A program made the translations under genes and the position numbers. From positions 46,066,001 through 46,130,000 of the forward strand of contig OX597833.1 of the NCBI GenBank assembly GCA_951406725.2: a DNA stretch of 64,000 nt, in the 5' to 3' direction. This stretch comes from Octopus vulgaris (lineage: Eukaryota). Below are positions 53,868 to 64,000 of the stretch, in pieces; within the stretch, counting starts at the first letter, position 1, and each line of letters begins with the position of its first letter. The notes beneath the pieces were generated by a model. That model was given only the letters and a program-made list of their open reading frames with translations, was not told where the DNA came from and did not search any database.

Positions 53868-54854
53868 ATATATATATATATATATGTATGCAAGTATGTA
53901 TGTATGTATGTATGTATGTATGTATGTATGTATGTATGTATGTATGCATGTATTTATACACACACACACACGCACACACATCATTTTAGAATCAATGTAG
54001 ACAGAAAAACTGAACTCATCTTCTAACACGAGTTGAACCTAATAGGCACTGTATGTGCATAAACTTATTCAAGATAGCAAAGAGATTCTGAAATAAAACG
54101 GTTGTTAAAATAGCAATTATAAGCCCTTTTTTCACCGTAAAGTCTAACAGTGTAACCCTACAACGTGACATGGAGGTCGTAAATAATGCCTACTGTCTAA
54201 CAGCCTTCGTACCAGACTGAAATTTGAGGCTGTTTATGAGTTAGGGTAAACCTCAGAATATGAATTGTAATCACTTATGACATAAACGGTTAAGATTTTT
54301 AAATGTAAATTATATATGACACTTTACTTCTATCTTAGGTGTGTGCTCGTAAATGTCACACACACACATACATACACAATTACACACACATATGCATGTG
54401 TCAAATATACATACATGTCCATATGTGTGTGTGTGTGCGCGTGCATGGACATATATGTATATATATATATATATACATCTAATATAGGATAAAATTTTCG
54501 AAAAAATTTTATCAATGGACAGCATATTAAAAAATACCTTTAAAGGTTAAATTTATAAACAACTTATAAACAAGGGCAAAAGAAAAAAACATTTCAATGC
54601 CAAATATGCCGAAAATAGACTTAAATTGTCAATAACCATATAATTCATCACTATAAGCATGCATCTCGAAGCAAGCCGACAGAAATTTATAAAAAAATCC
54701 GTTATTATCGAATCGGCCCCGATTTCTGACTTAATTCATAAGAATTTTCTCGTCGTCAGCGATAAATACGATAAGAAATAAATTAAATACTTATTTGCAC
54801 CCATGGAAGAAGTAAACACTAAGTCATGTGTACACTTAAGTACCCCATATAAGT

Positions 54855-54902
<48 letters not shown>

Positions 54903-55054
54903 ATTATATTCAACCGTTATTCCCTACTTACTTTTTCCCTATTTTTTAAATTTCCACCTCCCAATCCTTTCTTTCGAAGAGCGTAGGTCCGAAACCTCAA
55001 CACATGTTTGTTGTTCTTTCAGCTGCTTTCGTCTTTTGTTTTTCTGTAAATTTG

Positions 55055-55135
<81 letters not shown>

Positions 55136-55174
55136 TTTATACATATATTTATACATACATACATATATATATAC

Positions 55175-55205
<31 letters not shown>

Positions 55206-55246
55206 CATGTATTTATACATTTATACATACATACATATTTATATAC

Positions 55247-55369
<123 letters not shown>

Positions 55370-55404
55370 AGAAGTGACAGTGTATTATATAAGGAGGGGG
55401 ACTT

Positions 55405-55730
55405 TGGATCTCCGTCAGTTACGATGAAGAGTGTTCCAGTGGATACGATCAACGGAACAGCATGCTCGTGAAATTAACACACAAATGAAATTAATGCGCA
55501 AGTGGCTGAGCACTCTGCAGACACGCAGTTCTCAGGGAGATTTAGCGCGACACAGAGTGTGACAAGACTGGCCCTTTGAAATATAAGTACTACTCATTTT
55601 TGCCAGCTGCATAGACTGGAACAACGTGAAATAAAGTGTCTATTTTAAGGACACAATGCGCCGCCGGGAATCGAACTGAAGACCTTATGATCGTGAATAG
55701 AATATCCTAACCACTAGGTTACGCGCCTAC
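55405..55730 (-). mobile_element. Older SINE with family C head and family D tail
   Basis: TTTATTTCACGTTGTTCCAGTC body joined to TTTCAAAGGGCCAGTCTTGTCACACTCTGTGTC...GTAACTGACGGAG tail. Confidence 0.8.
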
Positions 55731-55797
55731 ATATTATCATAGTTTAAGAGACATTCAAAAGACAAAATACTGTTAATGATCACATTAATAGTCTATT

Positions 55798-56181
55798 GGA
55801 TGGAAGCAATCCGTCGGTTACGACGACGAGGATTCCGGTTGATCCGATCAACGGAACAGCCTGCTCGTGAAATTAACGTGTAAGTGGCTGAGCACTCCAC
55901 AGACACGTGTACCCTTAACGTAGTTCTCGGGGATATTCAGCGTGACACAGAGAGTGACAAGGCCGGCCCTTTGAAATACAGGTACAACAGAAACAGGAAG
56001 TAAGAGTGAGAGAAAGTTGTAGTGAAAGAGTACAGCAGGGATCACCACCATCCCTGCCGGAGCCTCGTGGAGCTTTAGGTGTTTTCGCTCAATAAACACT
56101 CACAACGCCCAGTCTGGGAATCGAAACCGCGATCCTACGACCGCGAGTCCGTTGCCCTAACTACTGGGCCATTGCGCCTCC
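55798..56181 (-). mobile_element. SINE family D
   Basis: TSD AATAGTCTATT at 55787-55797 and 56182-56192. Confidence 0.95.
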
Positions 56182-56208
56182 AATAGTCTATTACACCATG
56201 AAACAGAC

Positions 56209-56436
56209 GAGTCTAGGACATTTACCCCCTATGGAAATAACTACCCAAGGACAATAACCCCCTGAGGATAACATGATTTAAAACTTTTTAATATATTGGA
56301 GAGGGGGTAATTAACCAAGGGGAATAATTGTCCTAGGAATTAGTTGCCGTCGGCGGCGGGGAGGGGGATTATCCTGGGGCGGGGGGATTGTCCTGAGGGT
56401 AGTAATTGTCCTAGGGGAGGGTTAATTGTCCTGATA
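56209..56436. mobile_element. Fold-back MITE with subterminal GGACAATTACCCC-like repeats (second copy 60577-60700)
   Basis: Left AGGACA(T/A)T.ACCCCC motifs mirror right GGGG..ATTGTCCT motifs. Confidence 0.6.
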
Positions 56437-56544
56437 AGGAAACAGACATTACCAAGCGATATGAATGCTTTGTATCGAGCAGAAAACGCTCGCAGACACG
56501 ACCGAGAGCATCAGATTCCATTACTGTTGAACGAGGCGGACGGT

Positions 56545-57130
56545 TTTACTCTTTACTCTTTGCTCTTTTACCTGTTTCAGTCATTTGACTGTGGCCATGC
56601 TGGAGTTCCGCTTTTTGTCGAACAAATCGACCCCAGGGCTTATTCTTTGTAAGCCTAGTACTTATTCAATCGGTCTCTTTTGCCGAACCGCTAAGTGACG
56701 GAGACGTAAACACACCAGCATCGGTTGTCAAGCGATGTTAGGGGACAGACACACAAACATATATAAAGGGTAAAGCCCCCCTTCGGTCATGAATGACCAT
56801 GGGATTGCACCTAGAAAGTTACCCTCCTAGACACAAGTCCGGGCAAGGTTGTTTATGGAAGACCAGCAGTCGCCCATGCATACCAGCCTCCCTCTCCACG
56901 CCACCAGTGTTATCCAAGGGAAAGACAAAGGTCGATACAGCTTGGCACCAGTGACGTCGCAACTCATTTCTACAGCTGAGTGAACTGGAGCAACGTGAAA
57001 TAAAGTGCCTTGCTCGAGAACACAACACGCAGCCCGGTCCGGGATTCGAGCTCACAACCTCACGATCGTAAGCTCGACGCTCTAACCACTGAGCCATGCG
57101 CCTTCACAAACATATATACACACACACATA
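56545..57130 (-). mobile_element. SINE family B 3' half with nested SINE family F (56766-57107)
   Basis: TSD AAACATATATA at 56755-56765 and 57108-57118; F head GTGAAGGCGCATGGCTCAGTGGTTAGAGCG. Confidence 0.9.
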
Positions 57131-57593
57131 CATACTTTTTTAACTTGTTTTCGTATCTTGTATAACACCTCATCGACGCTCATTTTTATGTAACTGTTTT
57201 ATATAGTACCCTACATTTTCTGCAAGCCCTTTTGTAACACACTTTATTGCATATATGAAAGGGCCAATGGGACAATAAGAAAGGCTGGATTGGTAGAATC
57301 ATTAGAGCATCGGTCAAAGTGCTTTACGATATTTGTTCCCGCACTTTACGGTCTGAGTTCAGATCCTGTCGAGGTCCACATTGCCTTTCATCCTTCCGGG
57401 GTTTGGTTAGATAAACTAAAGTACCAGTGATTTTCTCGACTGCACCTCGCTTCCTTAGTGTCTATGTTCTTCAGTTAGAAATTATTATTCGCTTTGGCTC
57501 TGCGCACTTTGGGTTGATGTACCACAGAAGTAATATTTATCTTCTATCCATTCGGTGTTCATAAATAAGCTACCATCCTTGTACTGATATTGA

Positions 57594-57850
57594 TATAATT
57601 TAGAGAAAAACCTCTATTAAACAATTCAATAATGAAAGATGTTATTCACACCATATAGAAAACATACTATAAAAACCTTATTCTAAAAATCAATAAATGT
57701 TTTCTATATGGTGCGAATAACTACTACTATTTACTATTTATTGTACTTTATTGATTTTTAGAATAAGGTTTTTATAGTATGTTTTCTATATGGTGTGAAG
57801 AGCATCTTTCATTATTGAATTGTTTGATAGATTTCTTTCTCTAAATTATA
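57594..57850. repeat. AT-rich inverted repeat with arms of about 104 bp
   Basis: Arms 57594-57697 and 57747-57850; the spacer holds a third partial copy (ATGTTTTCTATATGGTGCGAA). Confidence 0.85.
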
Positions 57851-57949
57851 CAAATATTTATTGTGAAATTTGATATAAAATTGCTAAATTGAAATTTTCC
57901 CTGTAAGTTTTAGAATTGTATTCCCTACAACTATTATTATTATTACTAT

Positions 57950-58111
<162 letters not shown>

Positions 58112-58144
58112 TGAATGTATGTATGTTCCCTTCTATTTTCCATT

Positions 58145-58620
58145 AAACTGACACCGGGACACATATATACGAAGCCCAATATACCCATCTGATAACGGTA
58201 CACCAGGCACATGAATCACAACCATATATGCGCAACCTGGTGCTTTGATATTAAGCATGATCTTGCTGGGTGAGCCCAGTTAGAATTTTCTGCAGCTCGA
58301 GTAGCCTATCCCGCTCAAAAGATCCCTGAATAAAGGTTGTTTAAGGATGATTAATAAAACACCCATGTTTCTAGAAATGACTTATTCAAATCCAATCAAG
58401 TCGTCTCAACACATGGCTATGATGCTCCCCCACTACTGCTGCTGGTGATCAAATATGCACATATCGTCAGCCACTAACGGACAGGCTCAACTGGTTAACA
58501 AATTCATCTTATGGTATTGAACAGAATATTTGCTGTAGCCTATCTTTCACACCAAGACAAAATATACACACGTTAACACTTTTCAATCAGTTTAAATAAG
58601 AAGCTAGGAGAGCCACTGCT
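58145..58620 (-). mobile_element. Older copy of the (AAT)n-tailed element of about 540 bp
   Basis: Colinear with 47139-47674. Confidence 0.75.
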
Positions 58621-58679
58621 TATAATTAAATCAGAATCCATTAGAGCCACTGCTTATTATTAAATCAAAAGTGACGGCG

Positions 58680-59184
58680 AAGGCGGCGAGCTGGCAGAAA
58701 CGTTTGCACGCCGGGCAAAATGCGTAGCCGTATTTCGTCTGCCGCTACGTTCTGAGTTCGAATTCTTCCGAGGTCGACTTTGCCTTTCATCCTTTCGGGG
58801 TCGATTAAATAAGTATCAGTTACGCACTGGGGTCGATATAATCGACTTAATACCTATGTCTGTCCATGTTTGTCCTCTCTATGTTTAGCCCCTTGTGGGT
58901 AATAAAGAAATAGGTATTTCGTCTGCCGTTACGTTCTGAGTTCAAATTCCGCCGAGGTCGACTTTGCCTTTCATCCTTTCGGGGTCGATTAAATAAGTAT
59001 CAGTTACGCACTGGGGTCGATATAATCGACTTAATCCTTTTGTCTGTCATTGTTTGTCCCCTCTGTGTTTAGCCCCTTGTGGGTAGTAAAGAAATAGGTA
59101 TTTCATCTACCGCTACATTCTGAGTTCAAATTCCGCCGAGGTCGACTTTGTCTTTCATCCTTTTGGGATCGATAAATCAAGTAC
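58680..59184 (+). mobile_element. SINE family A with about 2.5 tandem body units
   Basis: Junction AAATAG|GTATTTC at about 58913 and about 59097. Confidence 0.9.
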
Positions 59185-59238
59185 TTGCAAAACACTAGGC
59201 CTAGTGCCTGTAATAGAAAAGATTATTATTATTATTAA

Positions 59239-59305
<67 letters not shown>

Positions 59306-59577
59306 TGTACAACTAAAACAATTCTCATTGCATGATGTAGCAAAAAAAATGCGAAATAAAAAGAAAGTGGGTGACGGGTGGTGGAGGGTGGAGAGGTTGG
59401 TCAAAGGCTTTTTATTTGCCTTTTTTCTTTTCTTTTTTTCTCTTCTGTTTCGTATTTTTATTTCCTTTATCTTTCATGTGGTTTCTGTCACTATTCAATG
59501 TTATGTAAATAATCAGTTACGAAACCATTTCTCCCAGACACCTTTCTATATTTATTTCACTGTCTGTGTGTGAAAGT

Positions 59578-59642
<65 letters not shown>

Positions 59643-60033
59643 TGTTTGTGTGTATGTATGTGTGTGTGTCTGTGTACGCGTGAATTTGTGTCTGTTATTT
59701 ATTTTCTTCAGATCTTGAAGGTCTATTTTTGGTCCCCGACCATCTGGTATTTAGTTTTTAAAAATACACATACACACACACACATACACACAAGCATACA
59801 TAAACACACATACATACACACACAAGCATACATATACACACATACACACACACACACATACACGCTCGCGACATTTTTTGTTTTGTCAAGTTTTATTGAA
59901 ATATTTTATATATTTTATAGTGAATATTTGCTTTCGTAATCTTTGTTGATTTTTGTTGTTACAAATATCATCCGATGTCAGTGGTCTCTTCTTAGTTATT
60001 GTTGTTATTATTGCTATTGTCTCTGCTGCTGCT

Positions 60034-60452
60034 GAAGGCGGTGAAGTGGCAGAAACGTTAGCACGCCGGGCGAAATGCATAGCCGTATTTCGTCTGCCGT
60101 TACGTTCTGAGTTCAAATTCCGCCGAGGTCGACTTTGCCTTTCATCCTTTCGGGGTCGATAAATTAAGTACCAGTTTACGCACTGGAGTCGATGTAATCG
60201 ACTTAATATATTTGTCTGTCCTTGTTTGTCCCTTCTGTGTTTAGCCCCTTGTGGGTAGTAAAGAAAAAGGTATTTCGTCTGCCTCTACGTTCTGAGTTCA
60301 AATTCCGCCGAGGTCGACTTTGCTTTTAATCCTTTCGGGTCGATAAATTAAGTACCAGTTTACGCACTGGAGTCAATGTAATCGACTTAATCCACTTGTT
60401 TGTCCTTGTTTGTCCACTCTATGTTTAGACCCTTGTGGGCAGTAAAGAAATA
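60034..60452 (+). mobile_element. SINE family A dimer
   Basis: TSD TA(T/C)TGTCTCTGCTGCTGCT at 60015-60033 and 60453-60471. Confidence 0.9.
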
Positions 60453-60753
60453 TACTGTCTCTGCTGCTGCTTTTTCTGTTTAACCGTAAAAGTGTCCTGC
60501 TCAGATAAACTGCCTTACAGTAGTTTGTTTTGGCTCTGCGCATTTTGAGTTCAAATACCACCAAAGTAAAAATTTGAGTCTAGGACATTTAACCCTCCCC
60601 CATTGACAATAACCCTCCCCCCCCTAAGGACAACAGATGATGATTTAAAACCTTAATATATTAGAGAGGGGGTAATTAACCAAAAGGGGTCATTGTCTCG
60701 ATGCAGTAAAATTTATCTCATCCATTTGGTGCTCATAAATAAGCTACCAGTCT

Positions 60754-60980
<227 letters not shown>

Positions 60981-61229
60981 GAAATTATCATTATCTCCAC
61001 TGTCTGTGGAGATATATTGGAGTTGAAGAATTAGTAGTTTTGACTGCTATTTCTAAATTTTCGGTATGTGGTGAAGCAACTTTTTGCTAATTCCTTAATT
61101 ATGTAGATAGATAAGATGTAGATGCAGATATGTATGTATGTATGTATGTATGCATGCATGCATGTATGTATGTATGTATGTATGTATGTATGTATGTATG
61201 TATGTATGTATGTATGTATGTATGTATGT

Positions 61230-61790
61230 TATGTCAGGTCACTTTCGAGTGCTACTGGTAACATGTATCCCAGTACAACCTGTTGCATGGTCGGGTCGTC
61301 GGCGACTAAACCGGCAACCTCACCAGGCTTGTTTGGTGAAGTGAGGAGGGTGTTTATTGGACACCCTGCGGGATGAAAAACAAAACCCGTCAAAGGGCGG
61401 AGGAACTCTTGAGAGTCAACGGCCATCCAATAAATGTCTTAAGGCTGTATCATGCGCGAGGACATAGAAATAATCAGACTGAATACCCGATCGCGCAGTT
61501 AAACCATTGGGAGTGAAGGACTCCTAGCCTTTGTTAGGGAATCCTTCTAGGAGAAGGTAACTCAAGTAACTGGGATAACTCCGACAGAAAACCTGCGGCT
61601 TAGTGGTTACCGATGATGTTGACTTGTTCTTCTTTTCGGATTATGGCTGCTGTTGCTTAGTGAGTGGGATAGACTCAGTGCACAGCCTTTCCTCACTTTA
61701 AAAAAATCTTCTTGCACTGGCATTGCACGATAACAACATTGATTAAGCTTCGTGCAATGGCCATACTCGATAACGAGGGGGCAGCCAACA
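61230..61790 (+). mobile_element. Structured non-coding retroelement in (TGTA)n, probably RTE-derived and non-autonomous
   Basis: No tRNA head and no credible ORF; many hairpins; a 5'-truncated sibling at 24632-24743; CTAGGAGAAGG motif resembles RTE 5' UTRs. Confidence 0.65.
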
Positions 61791-62086
61791 TGTATGTATG
61801 TTCTCTGCTATTTTTAATAATTCGACGTCTTCCTCTAAGGTAGGAGCTGATTTCTAACAAAGATACAAAACTCGGTCGTTGGAATGTAAATAAGAAAAAA
61901 TTACAAATATCTGTACGGTCATTACTAAAATCTTTTTGATCTTAGATCTGCTTAATTAACGCTGATCTGGGATCGATATTCGACAAACTCCGTCTGCTAC
62001 AAAACTTCTGGCTTTGTGCCAAAATTCGAAACCGTTATTATCACGGTTGTAGACATGATGTTCACTTATTCTATATTCTTATTCCA

Positions 62087-62247
62087 CAGGAGTGGCTGTG
62101 TGGTAAGTAGATTGCTTACCAACCACATGGTTCCGGGTTCAGTCCCACTGCGTGGCACCTTGGGCAACTGTCTTCTGCTATAGCCTCGGGCCAACCAATG
62201 CCTTGTGAGTGGATTTGCTAGACGGAAACTGAAAGAAGCCTGTCGTA

Positions 62248-62316
<69 letters not shown>

Positions 62317-62540
62317 ATGTGTTTGTGTGTCTGTGTTTGTCCCCCCTAGCATTGCTTGACAACCGATGCTGGTGTGTTTATGTCCCCGTTACTTAGCGGT
62401 TCGGCAAAAGAGACCGATAGAATAAGTACTGGGCTTATAAAGAATAAGTCCTGGGGTCGATTTGCTCGACTAATGGCGGTGCTCCAGCATGGCCACAGTC
62501 AAATGACTGAAACAAGTAAAAGTAAAGTAAAGTAAAGTAA
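62087..62540 (+). mobile_element. SINE family B
   Basis: Near full length, with (AGTAA)n tail. Confidence 0.95.
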
Positions 62541-62823
62541 GTATTGTTGTTAATGTTGTAATGACTACGGCGATTGTTGGAATAGTTATTTTCGATCCTT
62601 TGTTTACCGTGGTTTATCGCTATTGTTGCTTTTTTTCCCCCCAAGATCAATATTAATTAAGCAGATCTAAGATCAAAAAGATTTTAGTCATGACCGTACA
62701 GGTATTTGTTTTTTAGGTGAAGTGCGACAACAATGTCTAATGTAAATCTGTCTTTATATACGAGTGAACTTTTATGCGGTTACTTGACTTGCTAATTCTC
62801 GCTTTCTCTCTTTCTCAATCCAG

Positions 62824-62952
62824 TCAACGCGCTATCACCGTGATATCTGTGGTCGCCTGTACGCTTCCAGCTTTGGACTGCGGAGTCACGTGCGCTCTCA
62901 TCGCTGAGAACACAGACTTTGACGTCATCGGACACCAATGGACTACCACCAT
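62824..62952 (+). mobile_element. RTE-clade LINE extreme 3' end
   Basis: STRYHRDICGRLYASSFGLRSHVRSHR* (RTE terminal zinc-finger-like motif) followed by a short UTR. Confidence 0.65.
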
Positions 62953-63179
62953 ATATACAGACATGACAGAAGTAAATATACACACTTATAATCATTAAGA
63001 TTTATTTAAATCTGATATTATACATTCAAATTGTTTATTAATTGTTATAATGTGAATGTTTGATATTTAGTAGACATGCCCATTGCATTTTTCAGTGCAA
63101 GACCCTATTGGGAATGTTACTGATCAGATGACGAATATTCTCTTGCGGAATTTCTTACCAAGCTTCATGCAGTAATCTC

Positions 63180-63191
63180 AAAAGCCCGTCG

Positions 63192-63244
<53 letters not shown>

Positions 63245-63458
63245 GTATGTGTGTGTTTGTGTGTCTGTGTTTGTCCCCCACCAACATCGCTTGACAACCG
63301 ATGCTGGTGTGTTTACGTCCCCGTAACTTAGCGGTTCGGCAAAAGAGACCGATAGAAGTACTAGGCTTACAATGAATAAGTCATGGGGTCGATTTGCTCG
63401 ACTGAAGGCGGTGCTCCAGCATGGCCTCAGTTAAATTACTGAAACAAGTAAAAGAGTA
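63180..63458 (+). mobile_element. SINE family B, 5'-truncated
   Basis: Begins at AAGCCCGTCGTATA and runs to AAACAAGTAAAAGAGTAA. Confidence 0.9.
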
Positions 63459-63548
63459 ATCATTTGTTTCGTTTATCTAACGACTGTGCCCATGCTCACG
63501 TTGTTCAAAACCATAAACACGTAATCCTTTTACAATAAGACCTTAGCT

Positions 63549-63722
63549 CAGTGCTCTGCAACCAGTATGCCGCGGCACACTGGCGTGCCACGAGACGATG
63601 CCAGTGTAACCTGAATATAATTTTTTCCCCTATACTTTTAATTGTACTTTTAGTTCAGGTGTGCCGCCGAATTTTGAAAAGAATATAAGTGCACCGCAAG
63701 TGATGAAAAGGTTGCGGATGGT
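63549..63722. mobile_element. Degenerate hAT-like MITE
   Basis: CAGTGCTCTGCAACC...GCCGCGGCACAC at the left and AAAAGGTTGCGGA at the right. Confidence 0.45.
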
Positions 63723-64000
63723 AATAATCAGCGATGTCGAATTTCATAAATCTTCATTTATTTTCTTTTTGATGCCATTGAGACATATGATAATAGAAGC
63801 GATTTTATTCCACAGACTGAAATTCGTAGGTTATATTAACATTTCCCCCTTTTATCTCATCTTCTATTTTTTATCTTTTTCTTGTTTCAGTCATTGAACT
63901 GCGACTGTGCTGGGTCACCGCCTCGAAGGATTTAGTTGAACAAATGGACCCCAGTATCGGTCGCTTTCGCTGAACCATGCAAACAGACCAATACCGATTG

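Noticed and set aside
54965-55000. GAAGAGCGTAGGTCCGAAAC hammerhead-like remnant
   Set aside because: Too degenerate in this copy to call; kept only as a supporting partial motif.
61230-61320. HDV-like ribozyme at the element 5' end
   Set aside because: I could not place P3/L3, P1.1 or the J4/2 cytosine in the required order.
62800-62910. Acceptor-like pyrimidine tract followed by a zinc-finger-like peptide, as a host exon
   Set aside because: The peptide and following UTR fit an RTE LINE terminus, and the first cysteine is missing.

Overview
This is AT-rich eukaryotic DNA made almost entirely of repeats. The tRNA-headed SINE families and the dense (TA)n/(TG)n/(TATG)n/(AAT)n microsatellites look like an octopod cephalopod (Octopus) genome, an inference from repeat content. 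I find no intact protein-coding gene, rRNA, true tRNA or CRISPR array. The ORFs I examined in the track are microsatellite read-through, SINE frames or transposon fragments. The window holds at least six SINE types (my labels A-F) with swapped head and tail modules, relic R4/Dong, RTE and CR1 LINEs, broken Tc1 and mariner transposases, hAT, piggyBac and Tc1 MITEs, and two non-autonomous Helitrons. The main unexplained signal is a set of unrelated short elements, mostly fold-backs and several beside (TA)n tracts, each carrying a minimal type-I hammerhead ribozyme fold: 1714-1759, 10363-10415, 22874-22924, 27575-27622, and 32437-32478 on the minus strand. One has a natural G3-C8 swap of the conserved C3-G8 core pair and one has a U4C core. 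This fits Penelope-like element or retrozyme biology. All folds were assigned by eye and none has been tested.
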